Shown: piece by piece, positions 50,441 through 63,640 of the stretch | Layout: the number at the start of each line of letters is the position of its first letter | How positions within the stretch are numbered: the first letter of the stretch is position 1 | Notes under the pieces: model-generated | Databases searched by the model: none | The model's input: the letters and a program-made list of their open reading frames with translations, nothing else | Told to the model about the DNA's origin: nothing | Origin: Octopus vulgaris | Taxonomy: Eukaryota | Direction: 5' to 3' | Assembly (NCBI GenBank): GCA_951406725.2 | Contig: OX597820.1 | Span: 116,684,001-116,748,000 of the forward strand | DNA length: 64,000 bases | Made by a program: the position numbers and the translations under genes

Positions 50441-51158
50441 CAGGGTAATTGAAAAGTAACTTCCTATTTTAAAATAATTATAAATTATTCATTACGGAGA
50501 TGTACTTGCATAGCAAGTGACCTGATGTGAGAGCATGTGCTGAAAAAAAAACAATTACAGTGTGGAAGGTGTTTATAAGCCATTTAAAAACACACAAAAA
50601 CCGTTAGATTAACCTCAACATTTAAATTTAATTTGCCAAAATATTTGTCGCTTTGAGACTGGGACCTGATCACTGACAAAATTAAATATAAATTATTTAT
50701 TATTTGTAATTTTTTCTCATTTTTTTTTCTGTGTTTGTTTTTTGCAGTATGTAATCGTTCGTAAATAGCTGAATGTCCACTTCCCCCCAGGGGATGGATG
50801 GGTTGTCGTGGTCCACATGAGTGGCCATCCAGGAATCCCGACTTAACACCATGTGACTTCTTTCTTTGGAGTTGATTAAAGGAACAAGTTTACCATACCA
50901 AACCAAAGACTTTGGAAGAACTTGAAGGGGCGAATACGAGAAGTTATATGTCTTCCTTCCTACCAGAGTTCCTGAATTCAGTTGAGGCAATTTTGGGGCA
51001 ACTCGAAAAACTGGTGGTGACATCTGAAGCCCATATTGAATTTTAAATAAAACCTCATACTAATAGCTTTCCTTTCATATCCATTTTTCTGTAAAAATTA
51101 CAGTTAATAAATAATTTATAAGTATTTTAAAATAAGAAGTTGCTTTTTAATCACTCTA
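50441..51158 (+). mobile_element. Tc1/mariner rosa-like (DD41D-type) deletion derivative
   Basis: 50439-50489 and 51110-51160 are reverse complements (7 mismatches in 51 bp including the TA flanks); internal HFP..WMGCRGPHEWPSRNPDLTPCDF..LKEQVYHTKPKTLEELEGRIREV; D-D spacing itself not measurable. Confidence 0.85.
50632..50680 (-). ncRNA. Degenerate hammerhead-like motif with G3:C8 swapped core
   Basis: TTTGTCA-GTGATCA-G-GTCCC(agtctcaaa)GCGAC-AAATATTT-TGGCAAA; 7-bp stem I, G of GAAA missing. Confidence 0.45.
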
Positions 51159-51427
51159 TATATTTGGATACAAGATCACAAGGTTTTGAATTTGATCCTC
51201 TTGACTATTATTATTTTGTGTCTTTCCCATTGGTCAAGTTGTCACAGCGATCAGGTGTAGCAGTGAAGTGCTGGTGTAGTTTTCTCTCTCTCTCTCTCTC
51301 TCTCCAGCTGTTACGTCCTGGATGTCCGACTGGGTAAAGGCTGGGAGACTGACTTCAGACACTTCAAACAATTAACAGAAGCATGGTACAGGCTAGGAGG
51401 ACATCTCTGACTGTCAGCTTATATATA

Positions 51428-51639
51428 TGTTTCTATATTGCCCACAAGGGGCTAAACATAGAGGGGACAAACGAATTAAGTCAATTACATCAACCCCAGT
51501 GTGTAACTGGTACTTAATTTATCCACCCTGAAAGGCAAAGTCGACCTCGGTGGAATTTGAACTCAGAACGTAACAGCAGACGAAATATGGCTATGCATTT
51601 CACCCGGCGTGCTAACGATTCAGCCAGCTTGCCGCCTTT
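51428..51639 (-). mobile_element. Family B SINE
   Basis: 16-bp TSD TGTCAGCTTATATATA at 51412-51427 and 51640-51655. Confidence 0.9.
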
Positions 51640-51746
51640 TGTCAGCTTATATATAATAAGCATGTGATGGTACTTGGCCAAGAGGCTAGGGTGTTGCACT
51701 CATGATCAAGCACTGAAGAATTTTAAAATTGATATTTACACAACAT

Positions 51747-52145
51747 TCTCTTTCTCTTTTCTCTTTTACTTGTTTCAGTCATTTGACTGCGGCCATGCTG
51801 GAGCACCGCCTTTAGTCGAGCAAATCGACCCCGGGACTTATTCTTTGTAAGCCCAGTACTTATTCTATTGGTCTCTTTTACCGAACCGCTAAGTGACGGG
51901 GACGTAAACACACCAGCAATGCTAGGGGGACAAACACAGACACACAAACATACACACACATACATATATATATACATATATACGACAGGCTTTTTTCAGT
52001 TTCCGTCTACCAAATCCACTCACAAGGCATTGGTCGGCCCGGGGCTATAGCAGAAGACACTTGCCCAAGATGCCATGCAGTGGGACTGAACCCAGAACCA
52101 TGTGGTTGGTAAGCAAGCTACTTACCACACAGCCACTCCTGCGCA
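51747..52145 (-). mobile_element. Family A SINE, young
   Basis: Complete reverse copy with a small internal deletion. Confidence 0.92.
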
Positions 52146-52895
52146 TATTTTTTTTCTTTTTGTCTTTGAATTTTGAAGGTTCCAAGCATACAAGAGGGTA
52201 TTCTTGCATTATATATACTAAGGACTTCCTGCAACCATGTTCACCATTCACTGCATTCCTTTAATCCTTCTTTTGCACCCTTGTAAACTTACTTGCCCTG
52301 CCACCCTGTCTAATCATCTGTAGCACTTATGTTCACCCACCTGTAACTTGAGGATACACCTCAACATACCTTCCCCATCATCTCTCTTTTTTCCAACTGA
52401 GGTAGGCATGTCTCTTCTTAACAGCAACACACCTGTTGCTATCCCTCTTAATCTCTCGTCACCTGACACAAAGCCACATCCCTCTGAACCACTCCCCACC
52501 CCCACTCTGCTGAGAGGTCTTGTCTTATGAGTTACTCAGTGACTTCACTGGTGCTGGTGTCATGTAAAAGGCTCCCTGTACACACTGTAAAGTTGTTGGC
52601 ATTAGGAAGGGTATCCAGCCCTAGAAACTATTACAAAGCAGACATTGGTGCCTGATGCAGTCCTCTGGCTTGTTGGCCCCTGTCAAACTGTCCAACCCAT
52701 GCCCAACATCAAAAATGGACATTAAATGGAGATGATGATGTTGAGCGTTTTGAGAAAAGTGAGATTGAATTTAACAAGAAAATATTGACTTCCTTGATGA
52801 CCCTTTCTCAATTCTTTTAGATTTCAAGACTTCTTTTTGCCAAATAGTTTTGCTCCAATCCTCACACGCTCTTCAAAATGGTGTATGTTACACAT

Positions 52896-53252
52896 TACTC
52901 TTTTACTTGTTTCAGTCCTTTGACTGCGGCCATGCTGGAGCACCGCCTTTAGTCGAGCAAATCGACCCCGGGACTTATTCTTTGTAAGCCCAGTACTTAT
53001 TCTATCAGTCTCTTTTGCCGAACCAGCATCGGTTGTCAAGCAATGCTAGGGGGACAAACACACACATACATATATATATACATATATACGACAGGCTTCT
53101 TTCAGTTTCCGTCTACCAAATCCACTCACAAGGCATTGGTCGGCCTGGGGCTATAGCAGAAGACACTTGCCCAAGATGCCACACAGTGGGACTGAACCCG
53201 GAACCATGTGGTTGTTTAGCAAGCTACTTACCACACAGCCACTCCTGCACCT
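52896..53252 (-). mobile_element. Family A SINE, young
   Basis: Reverse copy with an internal deletion. Confidence 0.9.
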
Positions 53253-56098
53253 ACATTATGGAAGATATTCAAAGCATTTTGAATTATTAGTTATTCTAGC
53301 ACTGCAAAAGGCTGTCTTTGCATGTAGCATATTCCAAGAATATAAATTCTATTCCTTCTATTAGAATTTATGTAAAACTAGTTTTTGTTGTGGCTATTTT
53401 GTTCTGCAACTCAGAGAGAGAGAGAGAGAGTGGGGGGGGGGAGAAGGATGCCAGCTGAAGAAATTATACATTGTGAATACTGTATATAATTAAGCTTTGT
53501 TAGAAATGGTAACGAAATTAGAAAAGTGATAACATGACAATCATTCCAACACGTGACATACATTCATACACATATATACATACATGAATACTATAACAGT
53601 GTGTGAGTGTATGCACACACATATATATATAGTATACAACACTACAAACACATAACATTCGTACTACAATATACACACATAAAAGGCATCCTTACTTTGT
53701 GACATGTTTATACATTCATTCATATACATTATCGGACTTGCAAGTATCAGACACACACACACACACACACGTGTGTGAATGTGTGTTCACACCCGCACTC
53801 AAAGAAATAAACAACGATGTCTGTTTTTCTTTCTCTAGCGAGCGAAGGGCTTCAGAGATAGCGAGATTCTTTTCCTCAGACGGAATGTGCACACTTACCA
53901 AATTTACGAACTCCCCACTGCCCCACACAGACAAACGTGTGTGTGTGTGTGGTGTGTGTGTGTGTATGTATGTGTGTGAGTGTGTGTGTGTGTATGTGTG
54001 TGTGTGTGTGTGTGTCGGTTTCGATTATGAATGTTCCAGTTATTCAATCCTTTCAACTGCCAACTCGTTGAATATTATAAGTGTTAGTGACCGAGTACTA
54101 CACGTAGACAACATAATATTCGGGTAGAATCGGCGTGACACGATCGGACATGATTGTCGCTTCCGAATTCTAGTTCGCCTGCATTTGGTAAAAAGACCTG
54201 CCCAAGATGCCACGTACGAAGTGCTATCAAATCCAGGACCTCGTAATTGCAAAGCCGTCTTCTTAATCACTCAGCTAATGACTGTTATTTCCTTTATTGG
54301 CCACAAGGGCCCAAAACATTGAGGACAACAGCAAAGGACGAACTACAACACAAAACGGTGGTGGTCTACATTGATCGTAACAACAACATCCTACAGACAC
54401 AGAAAATGTATAAACACACACGCACACTGTTATATAAAACCATTGCCTTCAGATGTCTACTAGATCTGTTAGTTTAGCCATGAGAAAGAGAAGGAAACAC
54501 AAGAAGGAAGGAAGGAGACGGATTCCAGAATATAACTCGACTACAGACCGCTGTCGCCGCCACCACTTTGGTGCTCGACAGAAGTTAACTAAAAAGAAAA
54601 CACACACACACAGATTCCATAGTGGCGTGATGCTGGTGGTGGTACAAGAGAAATAATAATAAAGATAGATAAATGCAATAAAAGGTTTGATTTCTTGCAT
54701 AATCAAGAACACCTTATATTCATAGGTGGATTGGGAAAATGTGAAGTTATGGCCTTCATGCATTTTCCCACTGATATCAACCTCTTCACTTAATGTCAAC
54801 AGTATTGAACCTGAATAGGAATCTGGCAAGATTTCGTCAACTAAAATCTACGTAGCATATTGATACTGGGGTTGTTATTCCATTGGCCCAGGCGGGACTC
54901 GAACTCAAATTTGGTGAAAGGCGAAATTAAATACGATATGCAAAAGAATTTTGCCGTTCCAGTATCCTCCCCCCTTCATCTATACCCCTATGGCTAATAA
55001 AAGAAATATTATTATTATTATTATTATTATTTCGGGTTTTTTTCTTTACGTTCTGAGCTAAAATTCCGCCGAAGCCAAACTTTGCTTTTCATCTTTATGA
55101 GGTCGATAAAATAAAGTACCAGCTGAGTACTGGAGTCGATGTAACTAACCCCTCCACCAAAATTTCAGGCCTTGTCCAGTAGAAAGAATTATAATTATTA
55201 TGTTTATTATTAAGGACAACCGATAAAATATGTATTAAACGATAACTTGTGAAGATACACAAAAATCAGTGTCAGACAAGAGAAGAAAGGACGGATGGAG
55301 TACGGGGGGGAGAAGAGAGTACAGAGATGAGGGGTCTTTGCATGGGTCTTCTTCGCTTTTTTTTTTATTTTCTTTCTCTCTTTTTTGCTTTTTTTTTCTT
55401 GAACGCCCACAAAGCAAAACGAAAAATGGTATTCTGGCGCGAACAAGATTTCGACAACACGAACTTGTTGAAGTCCAAATAGACACGAGACAGGGTGCAT
55501 AAGTTTGGAAAGGGGTTCCAGGAAATTAGAGGAAATATAGAAAGTAAAGAATTAAGGACAGCAAAGAAGCGGACAGAATTCTAGACGAAGACAAAGAAAG
55601 AAAGAAGTAATAAAAAGAGGGAAAAGTATTAGAATACGAAGAATAAGATAGAAGAGTATGAGAATGTGGAAGATTAACAAAGACCCTGAGAGGAAATGGT
55701 AAACACATTTACAATTAAGAATATAAAATATTGAAGAGCATCTTTTAAGAAATAGTAAATGTCATGTGTTTGCGAAATGTTTGACACAGACTTTGGGGCG
55801 GGATGATGGTAATTATAACTCTCAGATGCTCTCATAAACAGACACACACACACACACTTAAGAAGGATAATAAGAAAAACAATTAATGGGATCAATTAGC
55901 CAACGTTGATAACAAAAAAATCAAATGTTGTTTATCAGAACACTGACATATTATGTTTATTTGTGTGTGTGTGTGTGACACGTTTATCAACTCTGTGCAA
56001 GAACTGAATCCAGATGTTGACTTTTTTTTGTTCTACATTATATGCATGTTAAATGTTATCAACCTAACAGTTCAAAATAATAAGCAAATTGAATGCAC

Positions 56099-56108
56099 TG
56101 TGTGTGTG

Positions 56109-56152
<44 letters not shown>

Positions 56153-56487
56153 ATGTATATGTATGTATATATATATATTGATATGTATATGTATGTATAT
56201 ATATTTAAATATATATATGTATGTATATATATATATTTAAATATATGTATGTATATATATATATATATTTAAATATATGTATGTATATATATATTTTGAT
56301 ATGTATATGTATGTATATATATATATTTAAATATATATACGTATGTATATATATATATATGTATGTATATATATATATATATATTTAAATATATGTATGT
56401 ATGTACATATATGTATATATATATATCAATGTATATATAGATATATATATATATATCATATATATATGTGTGTGTGTGTATATATAT
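56099..56487. repeat. Compound (TG)n/(TA)n/(TATG)n microsatellite
   Basis: Seen directly; higher-order units ending TTTAAA or TTGA. Confidence 0.95.
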
Positions 56488-58135
56488 GAAGTTAAAAATG
56501 GCTTAATTTATAATGACAGCTATAATTGAGAATAGAAAACGATGAATTATTAATGTGAGGTGTTGTGAGTTGAAAACAGTTAGAAATTGAAATGTAAATT
56601 CGCCCGAGGCTTTGACAACTTACCCTCACCTCTGCCATGGTAGCCAACCTTTAAATAACTGACATCTGTTGTGGAAACAGACACCAACTTATAACAAATA
56701 CACTAAAGGCCCGTAACTCGCAGCGACTCTGCACTAAGAAGCACCTTGCACTCCAGCCTCGACCGCTCACTCACTGACGTTATGTTTTATTTGTTTGCAG
56801 TTTTTATTTATTGGTTCACTTATTTAGTTGTTGTTTTTTTTATTGCACGTTAATTCACAAATCGACTTTGTTGTAGTCATTCAGGAAGGACGTCGAGAAG
56901 TAGAAGATACATTTTTTTTTTGTTACTGCTATTCTCGTGTATTTTTTTTAAATTCTAAATCCAATTTTTTATTTTTTTTTTTTGATTGATTTAGAAGAAA
57001 TGAAAATAATTATTTAGTTACAATTTCTTCTTTCTGCCTAACTGCTTGTCTCTGATTATCTATTTGTCCCTTCAGCTGTCTTTATCTATCACTCCTTTTC
57101 CTTCACATTCTCTTTCGTTCTCTCTATCCGTCTCTTGTTATTCTCTTTGAACACACGAACACAAACATACTAGCTTCGTCAGGGAAGAAGACGACGATGT
57201 CTTTTAAACGTGGTTTCAGGCTCGTCTTGTATTGATGTTGTATAGTTATCATTATCATTATTATTACTATTTATTCTGTTGGTGGATTTAGGACCCAAGG
57301 ACCTATCGTTTTATAAGTAATGAGAAATGATTTTCATGTTTCTATTTGGACTATAGAGACATAAGGGACGTGAGATATTTTCGACTAGAAATTCAAACTA
57401 CGTCACTAACACAGCTTGTCGAGAGAGCTTACCTGTTCTACAGTGCTTGCTACAGTTCCATAATAATTGGCCAACAGTTAACCATTAGCTAGTAAGGTCA
57501 CGGCCTGATATCCTATTATAAGATGTTTCGTAGAATACTTTGAATAGAGGCTATTAAAGGTGAGCAGGACAAAAATGTACTCGGCTTCTAGCGGAAACGA
57601 GGAAGACATGCGTGTAGAGTAATGTAGTTCGGCCTCTCCATCAAAACACTTGTTCATCCTGTCTGTGTCCGACGCTGTGCATTAAAGATTGCAATGTCCA
57701 GTCATCGAACGTGATGCAAATTAAGAAGATGGTCATCATCGTCATTGATAAGCAAGTGAAAACAGGTGAGCATACTTGCTCCTGATAAAATCAATCTGAG
57801 GTTGGTGGAGATTATATTACCTTAACGTCAGGAAAAAGTTAGCTGTTAACAGATTAACCCAGGGAGAGCGATTGATTTTGTCTCTTATCCGTTTAATACT
57901 TCAAACACTGGATATAATCACCAGCAACATTCATGCGGTTGGTGAATGGTCTCTGTTGATGTTTGTCTTTATCGTCATCTCTACCGTTGTTATCATTATC
58001 ATCATTTGCATCGAAACTATCATTTTACTCTATGGGACAATTGGAGACGATTGATTTCTTTATTTTTTTTTCATATTGTCAATGAATGCATGAGTCTGCA
58101 GTACAGCATTTGCATTTCTATGTATTCTGATTACA

Positions 58136-58137
<2 letters not shown>

Positions 58138-58191
<54 letters not shown>
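58138..58191. repeat. (CT)n microsatellite
   Basis: Pure dinucleotide run. Confidence 0.95.
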
Positions 58192-58195
<4 letters not shown>

Positions 58196-59235
58196 ATCAT
58201 TCATATACACGTGCACATGCTCAATAACTAAAGTATTGTATAGATGAAGCATCTTAGAAATTCTTTGACAGATTTTCATAGGATCCAGAAACATTTCAGT
58301 ATTCAGCACATCTCAACTCTTAATTCAATTAAACCAAATTCATGGTGTGGATCCATTTTATTTTCAACTTGAAAGTATACGGTTGCTTCTTCCGAAAGAC
58401 CTGTCTTTGGTACCCTTATTGTCTTATCTCTCAGATAACTGACTGACATACAGAAACAAAATCCCTGAACATCCAGTACTGTTGACAAGAGTCAGAACTG
58501 ATGAAGAGCTGGTGCCGGTAACTGGAAGTAAAATGAATGGCAGCTGGTGTTGTTAACCAAGAAGCAGAAATGATGAGAGTTGATGATGGTAAGCTGAAGC
58601 ATAAGGAACTGAATGTTGTTAACCAGAAGCAGGTGAGATGAACAACTGATGTCCTTTACTAGAAACAGACAAAGTAAAGTACAAGCGTGATAACTTTAAT
58701 TAATCAATACTATTCTCATATTGACAAAAAGTTCTTGAACTTAAAATATTGAGGAAGGTGAAAAGAAAACGCCCTTACAAGGTCCAATCCTTGTTGCAGT
58801 GTAGTAATTTGTGTACCTCAAAGGATTGAGGTCAGGCTAATAAGGACCACCTCCTCCTGGGAGTAAAAATGGGATTGCGTAAGGCCAACAACTCTACCTA
58901 GGAAAAGCAAAGTTACAGAAGCATTGATGATAATTCAGAACCAACAACCGGGGGTGGAAGGTCTTCCCTTGTGGAAACATATGACGAGGGGCAGCAAAAT
59001 CTAAAAGGAAACCATCAGGAAGTTAGAAATGTGGTGGATAAAGCAAAGAAGAAAGAATGGCAATCAGAGATTAAATGCATCTAAAAAGGAAGAAATAGAA
59101 GAAGAGAATCTAAGATTTGGGGTTATACTCTTTATCAAAGAAAAGCAAAAGGGTGAAGTGAAGGATGAGAAGAAATAGAAACGGGGTAAAATTTGCATCT
59201 GGTTACATTGCAGGGTTGGAATATTTATTTGGATG

Positions 59236-59473
59236 TTTGTCTATTCTTTACTACCCACAAGGGGCTAAACACAGAGGCGACAAACAAGGACAGGCAAACG
59301 GATTAAGTCGATTATATCAACCCCAGTGCGTAACTGGTACTTAATTTATCGACCCCAAAAGGATGAAAGGCAAAGTCGACCTCGGCGGAATTTGAACTCA
59401 GAATATAACGGCAGACGAAATATGGCTATGCATTTCGCCCGGCGTGCTAATGGTTCTGCCAGCTCGCCGCCTT
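59236..59473 (-). mobile_element. Family B SINE, full length, tail B1
   Basis: Reverse complement of the 29506-29735 type. Confidence 0.9.
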
Positions 59474-60389
59474 ATCTATATGAGTGTGTGTGTGTGTAAT
59501 GTACACACAAACACACACACACACATTGTCTACTATTCATTTGTTGAAAGATTCAGCAAAATAGCTCTCAAAACATTTGAGAGTTATACATTATTTTATA
59601 TACAGTATTTTTTGGTGACAAACTACTTAAGTTTCATGTCAGAAGAAAGATTCCTGGCTTAGTTTTGATGAAGCCATCACCATTTTATTCCAGTAATCTT
59701 TAGGTTTGTCCTTAAAATGGCTACAGGCAATTTGAGATTATATTTAGGAAAACGTGCCACAGGAGGGTGTCTAATTTTTGCTTGGGAAGGGTTGGAACTC
59801 AGGATTTTAAAATTTAAGGAAGTATTTTCTTAAAGAGAAAGCATTTTCTAAGCGTACATTGTCCTGAATATAAGTTCATCATTGGTGTGTGCACTGTTGT
59901 CAGTGAGTAAAAATATGTGCATTATATGTGTGCATTGAGCAGATTTAGTGTGCAATTAGAAGGCTGGCTTGAGGAAAGGGCTGCAGTGACCTTGGTGTGA
60001 GAAATGTTTTCCTATCGGATAAAATAAGCACATCCATACAAACATACATGCATGCAAAAAGTGAAGGGAACAACCTCATATGTGTCAACAGGGAGCTGCT
60101 CAGGAAGTACTCTTCCTGGTCACCTCCCATACAACCCCAAAACAGCTGGACTAATATACCTCAAAGGCGACCTAGATGTGATCTGCTCTACATACTAAAA
60201 GAAGACTATGCAAAGGTACGTTTCCCAGAGGCTTAAAGATGACACTAGCATTGACATGAAGTGCAGCCTTTCTTGATGATCTGGAAAAGCTAAGGTTTTC
60301 AGAAACAGAAATCAACCACCCAACATTCACACTGGAACGGTAAAAATATGCAGGACTTTTCCTGAGTTCAAAATGTTAATTTGTTTTTG

Positions 60390-60566
60390 CTCTCTTTACT
60401 CTCTTTTACTCTTTTACTTGTTTCAGTCATTTGACTGCGGCCATGCTGGAGCACCGCCTTTAATCGAGCAACTTATTCTATCGGTCTCTTTTGCCGAACC
60501 GCTAAGTAACGGGGACATAAACAATGTCAAGCAATGTTAGGGGGACAAACACAGACACACAAACAA

Positions 60567-60601
<35 letters not shown>

Positions 60602-60778
60602 CATACATATATACGACAGGCTTCTTTCAGTTTCCGTCTACCAAATCCACTCACAAGGCCTTGGTCGGCCCGGGGCTATAGCAGAAGACACTTGCCCAAG
60701 ATGCCACGCAGTGGAACTGAACCCGGAACCATGTGGTTGGTTAGCAAGCTACTTACCACACAGCCACTCCTGCGCCTA
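60390..60778 (-). mobile_element. Family A SINE with two internal deletions
   Basis: Reverse copy; GAGCAACTTATTCTATCGG shows a deleted block. Confidence 0.9.
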
Positions 60779-60883
60779 CATTCCAATGATATATCTTTGC
60801 ATCTTTGTTAGAAGCTAAGTCCTTCCTTTAAAAATAGAAGAGAACATATGCACAAACACGTGTACATACATACGTACATACAT

Positions 60884-61436
60884 GGTGGCTGCCCCCTCGT
60901 TATCGAGTATGGCCATTGCACGAAGGCTTAATCAATGTTGTTATCGTGCAATGCCTGTGCAAGAAGATTTTTTTAAAGTGAGGAAAGGCTGTGCACTGAG
61001 TCAATCCCACTCACTAAGCAACAGCAGCCATAATCTGAAAAGAAGAACAAGTCAACATCATCGGTAACCACTGAGCCGCAGATTTTATGTCGGAGTTATC
61101 CCAGTTACCTGAGTTATCGTCTCCTAGAAGGATGCCCTATCAAAGGCTGGGAGTCCTTCACTCCCAATGGTTTAACCGCGATATTGGGTATTCAGTCCGA
61201 TTATTTCTATGTTCCCGCGCATGATACATCCTTAAGACATTTATTGGATGGCCGTTGACTCTCAAGAGTTCCTCCACCCTTTGATGGGTTTTGTTTTTCA
61301 TCTTGCAGGGTGTCCAATAAACACCCTCTTCACCAAGCAAGCTTGGTGGGGTTGCCGGTTTAGTCGCCGACGACCTGACCATGCAACAGGTTCTACTGGG
61401 TTACATGTTACCAGTAGCACCCGAAAGTGACCTGAC
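60884..61436 (-). mobile_element. Family D non-autonomous RTE-related retroposon in a (CATA)n tract
   Basis: Minus 3' end CATACTCGATAACGAGGGGGCAGCC resembles the RTE end at 1151-1201 (CATCCTCGACCTTGAGGGATTGCC); homologous to 61612-62073. Confidence 0.65.
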
Positions 61437-61611
61437 ATAACATACATACATACATACATAGATTCATACATGCATACATACATAGATTCATACATACATA
61501 CATAGATTCATACATACATACATAGATTCATACATACATACATACATACATACACACACACACACTTTTACATACATACATACATACATACACACACACA
61601 TACATACATAT

Positions 61612-62073
61612 TAGTGGTCAACTCATTGTTAGTATAACCATTATTGAAAAATTATCTTATTGCCAGATGTTAAAGACTATGGCTGTGAGCAATTCCTGTG
61701 CTGAAGTTTAAAGTCAATAACAGCCTGCACAATAACACTGCCATGACTCTCACCTACGAAGTTGTCTGGAAACAAGTAAGAGCCTGGCCTTCAGCTTCAC
61801 AATGTGGTTGATGTGACTTCAGAATTACCTCCTTTTAGGGAGGTGTCTAAACAAAGATTAGGGGTCTCTCACCCCAGCAGCCGGATGGCCCTTGACTCTA
61901 ATGAGTTTATCCGTCCTTTGGCAGGTTTTGTTTTCCATCCTGCAGGGTGTCCAACAAAGGCTACCCTCCTAACCAAGCAGGCTTAGTAGGGTTACTAGTT
62001 TAAGTGCTGAAGGTCCAATCATGTGACAGGTAGTTTGGGCTTACATGTTACCAAAGCACTAAGAGTCACTTGA
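61612..62073 (-). mobile_element. Family D element, second subfamily
   Basis: GGATGGCC.TTGACTCT..GGTTTTGTTTT.CATC.TGCAGGGTGTCCAA..TTACATGTTACCA shared with 60884-61436. Confidence 0.65.
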
Positions 62074-62432
62074 AATACACGTGTACATACGTACATTCCT
62101 ACATACATATACACACACATTCATACATACACACATATATACACACACACACACATATTCATACATTCATGCATACATACATTCATACATACACACACAC
62201 ACACATTCATTCATACACACATGCATAGTCATACATACATATATATTAGGTTGTTTCACATGAAATGTTGCATTTATAATTACTTGTTATTTCAGTCATT
62301 TAAAAACTCAATTATGTATGCCTTGCATTTAATCTTTACTCTTTTTTCTTTCCCAACAATATTGGTATACATAATTCGTACACACAGACCTTATGAAAAT
62401 GATAACAACCAAACTATGTTGAGTGATTTTCT

Positions 62433-62637
62433 CGTAGGAGTACAAACTGGGTCGCTCTGTTCGGTACCAGATTGATCACAAAATCTAATCAGTTCGTGTC
62501 AGTTATGAGGCCAAACATCCCTGAAAGTTTCATCCAAATCCATCCAGTGGTTCTTGAGGTATCTTCTCTACGGACAAACAAACTAACAAATATGACGGAA
62601 AACAATACCCCTGCCTTTGCTAAGGCAGAGGTAATAA
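62433..62637 (+). mobile_element. Probable Helentron/HINE-type non-autonomous element end
   Basis: AAGTTTCATCCAAATCC..GGACAAACAAAC.., terminal hairpin CTGCCTTTGCTAAGGCAG then AGGTAA; family call from memory. Confidence 0.5.
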
Positions 62638-62664
62638 TGATAATAATAATAATAATAATAATAA

Positions 62665-63190
62665 TTGGAAGTGTTATCATGTACATTGTTTTGTCTTGGT
62701 ATAAAAGATGGGCTACAGCAAATATTCTGCTCAATACCACAGATTTGCTTGTCAGTTGCTTGACCTTAACCAGTTGAGCATGTCCCTTAGTGGTTGACGA
62801 TATGTGCATCTCTGATCACGAGCAAAACTGGTGGGGGAGCATCATAGCCATGTGTTGAGAGGGATTTTTTGGGGTTTGAATAATTCACCTCTGGAAACAT
62901 GGGTGGTTCTTTCAACATCCATAAACAACCCTTATTCAGGGACCTTTTGAGCGGGATGGACTACTCAACCTGAAGAAAATTCTAACTGGGCCCCCACCTG
63001 CAAGGTCATGTGCTGTCTATCTTGATATGAGATCACCATGTCACATGCATATGGTTGTGATGCATGTGCCTGGTGTACCCTTATCAGATGGGTAATCATG
63101 ATGGGTATACTGGGCTTCGTATATTTTACCCCAGTGTCACTTTGATGACATGAACTGCTCTCTCACTCAATAATAATAATAATAATAATA
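62665..63190 (+). mobile_element. Family E element between (TAA)n tracts
   Basis: Aligns with 3774-4247; (TAA)n on both sides. Confidence 0.75.
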
Positions 63191-63229
63191 AGATTATGAT
63201 GATGATGATATATATATATACACACACAC

Positions 63230-63623
63230 ACTGTGCTTGAGGAGACTTATTGAGTCAAGTACATCAGCATCAAAAAATCAAATGGAAATCGTAGTTATGA
63301 TACCCGTGCCAGTGGCACATAAAAAGCACCTTCCAAACGTGGCCGATGCCAGCGCTGCCTTGATTGGCTTCTGTGCTGGTGGCACATAAAAAGCACCAAC
63401 CGATCGTGGCTGTTGCCAGCCCCCTCTGGTCCCTGTGCCGGTGGTTCGTAAAAAAGCACCCACTACACTCTTGAGAGGTTGGCATTAGGAAGGGCATCCA
63501 GTTGTAGAAACACTACCAGATCAGACTGGAGCCTGGTGCAGCCTCCTGGCTTCCCAAACCCCAGTCGAACCGTCCAACCCATGCTAGCATGGAAAACGGA
63601 CGTTAAACGATGATGATGATGAT
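63230..63623 (+). mobile_element. Family C element
   Basis: CTGTGCTTGAGGAG start, three GTGG..TAAAAAGCACC units, GGACGTTAAACGATGATGAT tail. Confidence 0.88.
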
Positions 63624-63640
63624 GGTGAAGTAACACATAA

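Noticed and set aside
54185-54280. tRNA-like sequence on the minus strand
   Set aside because: No cloverleaf; continues into CGTGGCATCTTGGGCAGG, so it is a decayed family A head
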